DNA from: an archaeon
GTDB taxonomy: Archaea; Iainarchaeota; Iainarchaeia; Iainarchaeales; 1-14-0-10-31-34
Direction of reading: 5' to 3'
DNA: 64,000 nt
NCBI GenBank assembly: GCA_024277355.1
Contig: JAJRVL010000011.1
Span: forward strand, 34,155 to 98,154
The translations under genes were made by a program, and so were the position numbers. Under the pieces are notes generated by a model. The model was not told where the DNA came from, did no database searches, and saw nothing but the letters and a program-made list of their open reading frames with translations. Positions 20,660 to 29,358 of this stretch are shown here, in pieces; the first letter of the stretch is position 1, and the number at the start of each line of letters is the position of its first letter.

Positions 20660-22180
20660 ATGAAAGAAAAAGTTTTAGAAACATATAAAGTAAAATCAAT
20701 TGAAACAGAAATAGAAGTAAATATTATTGAAAGAGAAAAAGAAGTAGTAAGAATTTATTTTTTAAATTTTCCTGAATTTGGAGCAGGAACAAAAGCCGTA
20801 TTAAAAAATTTAAAAAGAAGCATTATAACTGATTCAACAATTCAGGCAGAAAAAATGATGGATCCTAATTTTGTTGATTCACTTAAAAGAAAATTTCAGG
20901 GAAGAGCAGAAAAAATACTTGAAAAAGAACTTCCAAATATAGCTGAAGGCTCAAAAAGTTTGTTAATAGGATTATTATTAGAAGAAATGCTTGGATTAGG
21001 CAAATTAGAGTTTTTATTAAATGACGGAAACATTGAAGAAATAGTTGTAAATACTGCAACTGAACCAGTATGGATTTATCATAAAGGATATGGCTGGCTG
21101 AAAACAAATGTTTTTATTACTCCTGAAAAAGAAATACAAAATTATGCAAGTATTATTGCAAGAAGAATTGGAAAACAAATTACAATATTAAATCCTTTGC
21201 TTGATGCACATTTAATTACAGGAGACAGAGCTAATGCAACTTTATTTCCTATTTCAAGCAAAGGAAACACTATTACAATAAGGCGTTTTAGAAGAGAACC
21301 ATACACTATAACTGATTTTGTTGAAAACCGAACACTTAACACCGATATAATGGCTTTAGTATGGCTTGCAATGGAATATGAATTAAACATTATTTTTTCA
21401 GGAGGAACAGGTTCAGGAAAAACCACTTCATTAAATGTTTGTCTGCCTTTTATTCAGCCAAACCAAAGAATTTTAAGTATAGAGGACACAAGAGAACTTT
21501 CACTTCCAGAATATCTCCACTGGGTTCCATTAACTACAAGAGAACCAAACACTGAAGGAAAAGGCGAAGTAACAATGCTTAATTTATTAGTTAACTCTTT
21601 AAGAATGCGTCCAGACAGGCTGATTGTAGGAGAAATCAGAAGGCAAAGAGAAGCAGAAGTATTATTTGAAGCAATGCATACAGGACATTCAGCTTACACT
21701 ACTTTTCACGCTAACACAGCAGAAGAAACAATCAGAAGATTAGTTAATCCTCCAATTGAAATTCCAAAAACAATGCTTGATTCAGTTCACTTAAATATAG
21801 TAATGTTTAGAAACAGAAGATTAAATGTAAGAAGAGTGCTTCAGGTAGCTGAATATGTAACTGAAAGAAGAGGAGACACAGAAGAAGTAAAAGCAAATAT
21901 TTTATATCGATGGAAAGGAGCAACAGATACAATAGAAAAACATTCTGAAAGCATTAGATTATTTGATGAATTAGGATTACATACAGGTTTAAGCAAACAG
22001 GAAATGAACAATGAATTAAAAACAAAAAAGAAAATTCTTGACTGGATTACATCAAACAAAATTCGTTCAATACAGCATGTTGGAAGGATAATGGCAGATT
22101 ATTATATGAATAAAGACAACATAATTGAATTAGCAGAAAAAAACAAAAAACCAGATTATATTTTTGAGGAGAAAAAATGA
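20660..22180 (+). CDS. type IV pilus/archaellum-type assembly ATPase (FlaI/PilB/TadA family)
   Basis: 506 aa. Walker A FSGGTGSGKTTSLN, Asp box and Walker B region, His box (EAMHTGHSAYTTFHAN), typical of secretion NTPases. Confidence 0.85.
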   Translation: MKEKVLETYKVKSIETEIEVNIIEREKEVVRIYFLNFPEFGAGTKAVLKNLKRSIITDSTIQAEKMMDPNFVDSLKRKFQGRAEKILEKELPNIAEGSKSLLIGLLLEEMLGLGKLEFLLNDGNIEEIVVNTATEPVWIYHKGYGWLKTNVFITPEKEIQNYASIIARRIGKQITILNPLLDAHLITGDRANATLFPISSKGNTITIRRFRREPYTITDFVENRTLNTDIMALVWLAMEYELNIIFSGGTGSGKTTSLNVCLPFIQPNQRILSIEDTRELSLPEYLHWVPLTTREPNTEGKGEVTMLNLLVNSLRMRPDRLIVGEIRRQREAEVLFEAMHTGHSAYTTFHANTAEETIRRLVNPPIEIPKTMLDSVHLNIVMFRNRRLNVRRVLQVAEYVTERRGDTEEVKANILYRWKGATDTIEKHSESIRLFDELGLHTGLSKQEMNNELKTKKKILDWITSNKIRSIQHVGRIMADYYMNKDNIIELAEKNKKPDYIFEEKK

Positions 22181-23070
22181 TTGATAAAAGTGAAATAATT
22201 CCTTTCAATATTCTTCCAGTTCCATTAATAAAAAAACTTTCAATGAAATTTTATGGTACAGGAACAAAATTATCAAAATTTTTTCCTGATTTAAAATTAG
22301 AGTTAGCTCAGGCAGAATTAGCTTACAGCGAAAAAGAATACAGTGCAATAATCATTACAATGGCAGTAATTTACGGTGTTATTGGATTAATAATTGGATT
22401 ATTGTTTGGTTTCAGGCTTTTTCCTGATGGATTTATTTTAGTTGGGTTAGGCGGAGGAGCATTAGTTGGTTTTTTTGTAATGTTTCAGGTTGCTTTTTAT
22501 CCAAAAATAAAAGGAAAAAAGAAAATAAGAGAAATTGAAAGAAATTTAATTTTTGCTTTAAGGACAATGAGTGTAGAAATAAAATCAGGAGTTTCATTAT
22601 TTGATTCACTTAATATTATAGCACAAGGAGATTATGGTGCTTTATCAATTGAATTTGGCAAAGCAGTAAAAGAAATTGAAACAGGAACAATGGAAGAAAA
22701 TGCATTAGAAAAAATTGCAAGATATAATCCTTCATTGTTTTTCAGAAGAAGTATATGGCAGATAATTAATGGAATGAAAGCAGGAGCAGATGTAAGTTCA
22801 GTAATGGAAGAATTAGTTGCAACAATGATAAGAGAAGAAAAATTACAGATAACAAGATACGGTAATTCAATGAAATTACTTTCATTAATGTACATGATGT
22901 TAGGTGTAATAATTCCTTCTTTAGGAATAACTTTTTTGATTATATTATCTTCTTTTCCTCAAATGCAGTTAGGAGAATTATTATTCTGGATGTTATTAGG
23001 AGTTATTATTGTAGGTGAATTTATGTATTTAGGAATATTAAAATCAAAAACACCAAATTTAATGGGATAA
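22177..23070 (+). CDS. TadB/FlaJ-like platform membrane protein (one T2SSF domain)
   Basis: 297 aa. T2SSF-like block LIFALRTMSVEIKSGVSLFDSLNIIAQGDYGALSIEFGKAVKEIETGTMEENALEKIA plus TM helices. Confidence 0.7.
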   Translation: MIDKSEIIPFNILPVPLIKKLSMKFYGTGTKLSKFFPDLKLELAQAELAYSEKEYSAIIITMAVIYGVIGLIIGLLFGFRLFPDGFILVGLGGGALVGFFVMFQVAFYPKIKGKKKIREIERNLIFALRTMSVEIKSGVSLFDSLNIIAQGDYGALSIEFGKAVKEIETGTMEENALEKIARYNPSLFFRRSIWQIINGMKAGADVSSVMEELVATMIREEKLQITRYGNSMKLLSLMYMMLGVIIPSLGITFLIILSSFPQMQLGELLFWMLLGVIIVGEFMYLGILKSKTPNLMG

Positions 23071-23071
23071 A

Positions 23072-23467
23072 ATGTATGAAAAAATTAGTTCAATGATTCC
23101 AAGAAATGTCTTAAAGGCATTTAAAAACGAATTAACATATGCAGGAATAGACTTAGATGAAAAAAACTTTGTTGGTTTTGTGTTTGTTTTTGGTTTTGCA
23201 ACAGCAATTGCAGCAGGATTTGCTTTAAATTTCTTTTTTTCACTTCATTTTTTTATTGGATTTATTACAGGATTTATTTTAACTGTAGGGGGAATTTATT
23301 ACCTGCTTAATCAGGCAGGAGACAGCAAAGCAAGATTTGTAGAAAAAATTCTGCCTGACGCACTTCAATTAATTGCTTCAAACATGAAGTCAGGATTAAC
23401 AACAGAAAAAGCATTATTGGTTTCATCAAGACCTGAATTTGGTGCATTAGCAATAGAATTAAAATAA
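23072..23467 (+). CDS. TadC/FlaJ-like platform protein, N-terminal fragment (ends at an in-frame TAA)
   Basis: 131 aa. Ends ...ILPDALQLIASNMKSGLTTEKALLVSSRPEFGALAIELK* in the middle of a T2SSF domain. It is in the same frame as the next ORF. Confidence 0.5.
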   Translation: MYEKISSMIPRNVLKAFKNELTYAGIDLDEKNFVGFVFVFGFATAIAAGFALNFFFSLHFFIGFITGFILTVGGIYYLLNQAGDSKARFVEKILPDALQLIASNMKSGLTTEKALLVSSRPEFGALAIELK

Positions 23468-23479
23468 GCAAGCAAAAAA

Positions 23480-24055
23480 ATGATGACTGGAGAAAGAACT
23501 GAAACAGCCTTAAAAGAAATGACTTTAAAAATAAGATCAAAAATTTTCAGTAAAACAGTCTGGCTTATAACAGAAGGAATTAATTCAGGCGGAGAAATGG
23601 CTAACTTGCTTTTACAGTTGTCTAATGATTTAAGAGAGCAGAATGCATTACAGGAAGAAGTAAAAGGAAATGTTTCAATGTATGTAATTTTGATTTTTTT
23701 TGCTTCAGTTATTGGCGCACCATTAATGTTTGGAATAAGTTCTTTTATTGTACAGATAATGGCAAAACAAGCAGGTGGTTTATCAGGATTATCAGAAGAA
23801 AGTTTAGCTTTAGCTTCATCTCAAGGAGCATTTTCATCTGGAACAGGAATAAGTATTACAGCTGACTTTATTGTAATGTTTTCAATGATAACTTTGTTTG
23901 TTATTTCAGTTTTTGGTTCACTTACAATAGGAATAATAAGTACTAGAAGTGAAAAAGGCGTAATAAAGAATATTCCTTTAATGTTAATTTCATCTTATGT
24001 GATTTACTTTATTGTTTTAACTGTATTACAATCAACTTTTAGTTCATTGGTTTAA
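23480..24055 (+). CDS. TadC/FlaJ-like platform protein, C-terminal fragment
   Basis: 191 aa. Continues the same T2SSF domain (MMTGERTETALKEMTLK...GINSGGEMANLLLQLSNDLREQ), paralogous to the 22177 ORF, then 3 TM helices. Confidence 0.5.
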   Translation: MMTGERTETALKEMTLKIRSKIFSKTVWLITEGINSGGEMANLLLQLSNDLREQNALQEEVKGNVSMYVILIFFASVIGAPLMFGISSFIVQIMAKQAGGLSGLSEESLALASSQGAFSSGTGISITADFIVMFSMITLFVISVFGSLTIGIISTRSEKGVIKNIPLMLISSYVIYFIVLTVLQSTFSSLV

Positions 24056-24289
24056 AACAAAAATAACGCTAAAAAAAAAGTTAATTAATTCTTAATTCAA
24101 TAAAAACATAAACAACTAAAAGAACAAAAATAATTACAATTAAAAAATAAAAAAAAATACTAATTAAAAATATAAACAACTAAAACAGAAAAATAAATTA
24201 AAATTCAATAAATATCAATAACTAAAAAAAAATAATTATCATTAACTAAAAAATTAAAAAAAAAGAAAAAGAAAAGTGGAAGTTTAAGT

Positions 24290-24724
24290 TTAAACTGTTC
24301 CACTGCAAGTTGTTTTTTCTGATTTGGTTATTCCGCCTGTAACTGTATAATTAATTGTTACGTCTTCTGTAATGTTTCCTGAAAAAGTGTTTCCGCCTAA
24401 AACAAATGTGTTTTCATCTGTTTTTGCAAGCGAGGCATCTCCTGATGCAGAACCGTCTGCCCAAACAATAGTACCAGAACTTCCTGTAAAGCTATTAATG
24501 GTTATTGCATTAGGATTAGTGTTTTTAATTGTCAACTGAATGGTGTCTGCGTTAAAATCATAGTCTTTAATAAACAACTTTCCTCCGGTTGCAGTGCATT
24601 GTTTTGGAGTATTAAACACACCAAAAGCAAATAAGGCTGCAATTACAATTACAATTACAACCAAAGCCCAACCATAAGTCATCAGGTATTCCAATGCAGA
24701 TTGTCCTTTTGTATCTTTAAACAT
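24290..24724 (-). CDS. archaeal type IV pilin (Pilin_N / class III signal peptide)
   Basis: 144 aa. MFKDTKGQSALEYLMTYGWALVVIVIVIAALFAF is the canonical archaeal pilin N-terminal domain. Confidence 0.75.
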   Translation of the reverse strand: MFKDTKGQSALEYLMTYGWALVVIVIVIAALFAFGVFNTPKQCTATGGKLFIKDYDFNADTIQLTIKNTNPNAITINSFTGSSGTIVWADGSASGDASLAKTDENTFVLGGNTFSGNITEDVTINYTVTGGITKSEKTTCSGTV

Positions 24725-24868
24725 TTATCTTCCTCCTTTTAAATTTAAAAAACAATAAATGAATACTATTAGAAGGTTTATTGTATTTAAATGTTTTGTG
24801 GTTTAAGAAAACAAAACCACTGTTTAATAAAAAAAAAATAAATAAAAAAATGTTTAAAACTGAAAGGC

Positions 24869-24885
24869 AGTTATTTTAAATAACT
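24869..24885. promoter_or_regulatory. 17-bp perfect palindrome agttattttaaataact overlapping a TATA-like element, ~40 bp upstream of the KaiC-like gene
   Basis: Inverted repeat read directly from the sequence. Position is typical for an archaeal promoter/operator. Confidence 0.35.
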
Positions 24886-24927
24886 TAAACCTATTTTATT
24901 AGAAGACTTAATTTAAAGTGAAATTTA

Positions 24928-25626
24928 ATGCCAAGATTAACTGACAGAACAAAAACAGGAGTTCCAGGATTAGATGAATTACTGGACGGCGGGATTCCAA
25001 GAGGAAATTTAGTTGTATTAGCAGGAGACCCTGGTTCAGGAAAAACCTGTTTTTGCCTTGAATATCTATACAAAGGAGCATTGGATTACAACGAACCAGG
25101 AATATATATTTCATTAGAAGAAAGCTATGCTGAAATAATACGAAACGGAAGAGAATTTGGATATGAATTAGAAGAATTAATAAAGAAAAAAATGCTGATA
25201 ATTGAAACAGTAGAATTATATGATTTTGAAAAACTGAAAAATTTAATTGAAGATTCAATTCAGATAATTAATGCAAAACGATTAGTAATTGATCCTGGAG
25301 TAATTTTCAGATTATATTTTGATAGAGAATTAGATGCAAGAAAAAGAATAATGAGTTTAGGAAAAATGCTTAAATTAATTGACTGCACTACTATAATAAC
25401 AAATGAAATTAATTTAGACAAAACAAGAAGTTTATTTGGATTAGAAGAATATGTGGCTGACGGAGTGTTGTTGCTGTATCATACAAAAATAGAAAACAGG
25501 TTTGTAAGAAGTTTAGGTGTATTAAAAATGAGAGGAACAAAAATATCAGAAAAACTTCATCCAGTTACAATCGGCCCAACAGGAATAAAAGTTTTATCAA
25601 AACAAGAATTATTTGAGGATATATAA
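24928..25626 (+). CDS. KaiC/RadA-family (RecA-superfamily) ATPase, single domain
   Basis: 232 aa. GLDELLDGGIPRGNLVVLAGDPGSGKTCFCLEYL (Walker A) and Walker B LVIDPG. Confidence 0.75.
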   Translation: MPRLTDRTKTGVPGLDELLDGGIPRGNLVVLAGDPGSGKTCFCLEYLYKGALDYNEPGIYISLEESYAEIIRNGREFGYELEELIKKKMLIIETVELYDFEKLKNLIEDSIQIINAKRLVIDPGVIFRLYFDRELDARKRIMSLGKMLKLIDCTTIITNEINLDKTRSLFGLEEYVADGVLLLYHTKIENRFVRSLGVLKMRGTKISEKLHPVTIGPTGIKVLSKQELFEDI

Positions 25627-26455
25627 AATGAAGAAAAAAAAAGCAAAACAAAAGGTTAAACTGAAAAAAGCAGTTAAAAAACCAAAAAACAAAAAAAAGC
25701 CAAGTTCAATTAAAGAATTAGAAAACTTACTTACAAAACCATTAAAGCAGAAAAGAACTTTTGTGACAAAAGAAGAAAAAAGTATTGTAAAACAAAAAAA
25801 TAAAATAAACAGCAAAATTGAAATGAAAACAAATCTTGAACAAGAAATCCATCCTGATGCTGAATTATCAGAATTAATTGACCCAAAAAGAGGCATTGAC
25901 TTAAAGATATTAAGATATTTAGAAGAACTTCCAAAAGAACAGTTTACTGCATTGCTTTTAGTTGAACCAACAAATTACTCTAAAATAAACTATGAATTAT
26001 TAAGGCTTTTAATAAACCATACAAAAGGAAAAGGAATATATGTAACTTTAAATCGTGCTTATGAATTTGTAGAAGAAACACTAAAAAAAGAAAAAATTGA
26101 TACAGAACAAATAGTTTTCATTGATGCAATAAGCAAAGGAACAGGAAAAAACATTGTATCCAGAGAAAACGTTGAATACATTGAATCCCCAAGAGATTTA
26201 ACTGCATTAAGTGTAATATTAGATGAAACATACCAGAAAATGACAGAAAAACCAAAATTTATGGTGTTTGATTCAATCAGCACTTTATTGATTTACAATG
26301 ATGTTTCTTCAGTTGAAAGATTTACTCATTTAATTATAGGAAAATTAAGGGAATGGCGGATGAAAGGAGTATTATTAATGGTTAAATCAGAAGAACACAG
26401 AGGAGTAGTTAATTCATTAAGCCAGTTCTGCGACAGAATTCTTGAAATAATATAA
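25613..26455 (+). CDS. KaiC-like domain protein lacking Walker A (predicted inactive), poly-K N-terminus
   Basis: 280 aa. RecA-like core (FMVFDSISTLLIYNDVSSVERFTHLIIGKLREWRMKGVLLMV) without a GxxxxGKT P-loop. Paralog of the 54615 ORF. Confidence 0.45.
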   Translation: MRIYKMKKKKAKQKVKLKKAVKKPKNKKKPSSIKELENLLTKPLKQKRTFVTKEEKSIVKQKNKINSKIEMKTNLEQEIHPDAELSELIDPKRGIDLKILRYLEELPKEQFTALLLVEPTNYSKINYELLRLLINHTKGKGIYVTLNRAYEFVEETLKKEKIDTEQIVFIDAISKGTGKNIVSRENVEYIESPRDLTALSVILDETYQKMTEKPKFMVFDSISTLLIYNDVSSVERFTHLIIGKLREWRMKGVLLMVKSEEHRGVVNSLSQFCDRILEII

Positions 26456-26471
26456 AAATCAAAAACAGAAA

Positions 26472-27050
26472 CTATAAATCAAAAACAAAATTCTTTTTCA
26501 CTGAATTAAAAGGAAAAGCAGTTAATTCAACAAACAATTTTTTTTCTTTAACTTCAAAGAAAAAATTATAATCCATCATTTTTTTTATATTCATTAAAAC
26601 AGCATTATCATGCAGTCTTTCATCAATAAAACACACAACTGAATAATTCAGTTCTTTTGCTTTTCTTGTTTCAAAAAACAAAAAAGAATAAACTGCATTA
26701 GAAGGATTAAATGAAAGTAAAGAAGACAAAGAATCAAATAATAAAATTCCTTTGTTTTCTTTTTTGCCTTGAACTGAATGAATTGAAGAAGAAATTTCAG
26801 GAAGAGAAAACCCTTCAATTTCAACTGCTTTTTTTCCAAAACCATATTTTGATATAACAAAAAAGTCATCCATTAAAGAAGAATAATTTGATGGATTAAA
26901 TAAAACTAAAATGTTTTTTTGGTTTTTGTTTTTTTTAAACATTAATTCAATTAGTTTTTTTGCCTGAACTGACTTTCCGGAAAACATAATGCTTGAATTA
27001 GGCTTTACTCCTAATAAATCAAAAGAAAAATTCATAATAAAAAAACACAT
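26472..27050 (-). CDS. degenerate KaiC/RecA-like domain protein
   Basis: 192 aa. Remnant P-loop IMFSGKSVQAKK and Walker-B-like LLFDSLSSLLSF. Confidence 0.35.
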   Translation of the reverse strand: MCFFIMNFSFDLLGVKPNSSIMFSGKSVQAKKLIELMFKKNKNQKNILVLFNPSNYSSLMDDFFVISKYGFGKKAVEIEGFSLPEISSSIHSVQGKKENKGILLFDSLSSLLSFNPSNAVYSFLFFETRKAKELNYSVVCFIDERLHDNAVLMNIKKMMDYNFFFEVKEKKLFVELTAFPFNSVKKNFVFDL

Positions 27051-27066
27051 TAAGCAAATAAAAGGT

Positions 27067-28374
27067 TTATTGCTTAAAAGAAATAATTTTGCCTGAAAAC
27101 TCTGAAAGTTTTTCTTTTAAAGAGTCAGTTAAAGATAAAATTTCATCTGAAATTTTTTTTGAGTTATTTTGCTGTCTTGCAAGTTCTTTTTCTGAATTCT
27201 GCTTTGAATTATTCAAAGAAATTATTTCTTCTTCTAAAGAAGAAATTTTACCTGAAATTTCAGATAAACTGATTTTTCTTTCTATTTCATTAAGTGATTT
27301 CTCTGTTTCAGAAAATTCATTAAACATTAAATCAAAATTATATTCAGTTAATTCATTTAAAACAGCTGTTTTTTTTATTTTTTCTTTTTCTTTTAATGAA
27401 ATTTTTCCTTCAGAAATTAATTCCTGAATATAAGAAAAAATTTTTTTTAAGATTAATGCATTATTGTCTTTTTTTAATGCAAGAAAAGGATTTGAAAGAT
27501 AAGCTTCTAAAAGAGATTTTTCTTCTGGTTTAAGCAAAAAATTCTTTGATTCAGATAACTTGCTTAAAACTTTCATGGATTTTTCAATTGGAAAAAGAAG
27601 TTGAATTAATTTTGTTTTAGTTTCCTGTTTTTTATGGATTAAAACGCTTTTTTCTTCAAAAAAAGATTTCAGTTCTGCTGCTTCAGGAGAAAGTTTTAAT
27701 GAATCTAATCTTTCCTGTAATTCAGTTATTTTTTTATTTAAATCATTATTTCTTTTTTTTATTTCTGTTTCAGATAAAACAGAAGCAGAATTCAATTCAT
27801 TTTTTTTCTTTAATTCAGTAAATTCTTCTTTTATTTCTGAAAGCAGTAAAATTTGTTTTTTTGAATCAAATAATTTTTTTAATTCAGTGAAAACTGAATT
27901 TAATTCATTTATTTTTTCTCCTAATTTTTTCACTGAATCTTTTAAGACAATTCCAGTGTAAGCAATATTTCTTCCAAAAGAATTAATTTCAGATTCAAGT
28001 AATTTTAATGAGTTAATACAGTAAGTATTTAATTCAATAAAATCATTAGAAGAAACAGGAGTTAACTTTGAAATCAAAGGATTCATTTTACTGATTAATG
28101 TTTTCTTGCTTGTCAAAACAATTCTTCTTAATTTAGGGTTTCCTTTGTCTTCTTCTATTTTTTCTTTTTCTAAGTCATTTAAAATTAAATCTAATTCTCT
28201 GATTAAATGCTTGATTTCAGCTAACTTAGAAAAAATTTCTTTTGAAATTTCATTGAATTCTTTTAAATAAAATTCCTCTGCAAAAGAAACAGAATTATTT
28301 AATTCAATAATTAACTCTTCTTTTTTTGGTTTTATTGCTTCTTTTTTTCCAAAAATTTTATCTAAAAAACTCAT
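27067..28374 (-). CDS. coiled-coil hypothetical protein
   Basis: Track ORF 27067..28491 overlaps the GNAT gene. An internal Met (MSFLDKIFGKK...) is the likely start. Heptad-rich E/K/L composition. Confidence 0.4.
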   Translation of the reverse strand: MSFLDKIFGKKEAIKPKKEELIIELNNSVSFAEEFYLKEFNEISKEIFSKLAEIKHLIRELDLILNDLEKEKIEEDKGNPKLRRIVLTSKKTLISKMNPLISKLTPVSSNDFIELNTYCINSLKLLESEINSFGRNIAYTGIVLKDSVKKLGEKINELNSVFTELKKLFDSKKQILLLSEIKEEFTELKKKNELNSASVLSETEIKKRNNDLNKKITELQERLDSLKLSPEAAELKSFFEEKSVLIHKKQETKTKLIQLLFPIEKSMKVLSKLSESKNFLLKPEEKSLLEAYLSNPFLALKKDNNALILKKIFSYIQELISEGKISLKEKEKIKKTAVLNELTEYNFDLMFNEFSETEKSLNEIERKISLSEISGKISSLEEEIISLNNSKQNSEKELARQQNNSKKISDEILSLTDSLKEKLSEFSGKIISFKQ

Positions 28375-28417
28375 ATAAAAAAATAAAAGATTAGAAAGAA
28401 TTAAACGGTTATGCAAA

Positions 28418-28855
28418 TTAAATGCTTTTTTCCATTCTAATATGTTTGATTCCGGTTGGTTTAGTAATAAAATAATCTCCAACTGGAACATAACCTATTT
28501 TTTTGTAAAAACCAACTGCATAATCTCTTGCAATAACAAAAATTTTGTTCTTATTTTTTTCTTTTGCTTTTTTATGCAGAAATTCAATTAATTTTGAACC
28601 AATTCCTTTTCTTTCATGGTCTACATCAGTTAAAATTTTGTCAATTTCCGCTGAATTGTCTTTGTAAACAGTTAATCTTGCAGTTCCAACAATTTTTTTT
28701 AATTCATCATCAAAAGCAATAACAAATTCACTTAAAGATTCTTTTCCGTCTTTTTCACTTCCTTTAGGCAAACCCAAAGGTTTGCGCAGCATTTTCCACA
28801 TTAACAAAAACATTTCTTCAAATTCATTTTTTTCAGGAGTTCTTATTTCAATCAT
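28418..28855 (-). CDS. GNAT-family N-acetyltransferase
   Basis: 145 aa. Motif A region VDHERKGIGSKLIEFLHKKAKEKNKNKIFVIARDYAVGFYKKIGY. Confidence 0.7.
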   Translation of the reverse strand: MIEIRTPEKNEFEEMFLLMWKMLRKPLGLPKGSEKDGKESLSEFVIAFDDELKKIVGTARLTVYKDNSAEIDKILTDVDHERKGIGSKLIEFLHKKAKEKNKNKIFVIARDYAVGFYKKIGYVPVGDYFITKPTGIKHIRMEKSI

Positions 28856-28871
28856 GTTTTCAACAAAAAAA

Positions 28872-29195
28872 TTAAATTTTATTTAACTTAAACAATTCTG
28901 CAAAAATATCTGCTAAAATTTTAGTTTTGGCATATTGAACAGTAAAACGGGCTTTTTTAAGTGCATTTGCCTGCTTCTGCAAAAACTCATAAAAAAAAGT
29001 TAATTGACGGTTATTTTTCTGCATCTTTACTGGAATTGACTTAAAAACCAATTCACTTAATTGATTTTTTACTGCTTGTCTTTGTTTTCCTCCTTCCATT
29101 GTAATATAAGTAGCTAACAAAGACTTTTTTGAAGTCAAAGAAAGTCTTTTAGTTAAATTGCGAAAAATTTCTTTATTTCTTAATTCAGCACGCAT
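28872..29195 (-). CDS. hypothetical basic protein (possibly N-terminally extended to ~29284 through an A7 frameshift)
   Basis: 107 aa. The upstream minus-strand ATG (MLKRSKPIIGVKKRK...) would fuse in frame if the A7 run had one more A. Confidence 0.35.
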   Translation of the reverse strand: MRAELRNKEIFRNLTKRLSLTSKKSLLATYITMEGGKQRQAVKNQLSELVFKSIPVKMQKNNRQLTFFYEFLQKQANALKKARFTVQYAKTKILADIFAELFKLNKI

Positions 29196-29358
29196 TTGAA
29201 CTTGTTTTTCAACTGAAATTTTAATTATTGGCTTTATTTTTTTAGTTTTCGCTTTCTTTTTTTAACTCCAATTATAGGTTTACTTCTTTTAAGCATATAA
29301 TACTTATAAATTTCAGGCTTTAAAAAATTAACATAAAAAGGTTAAGCCTTAAGAAACA

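Noticed and set aside
24056-24289. Possible CRISPR or other repeat array in the A-rich intergenic region
   Set aside because: It contains only degenerate aactaaaa-type low-complexity runs with no unit repeat/spacer structure. It is likely a convergent terminator or spacer region.
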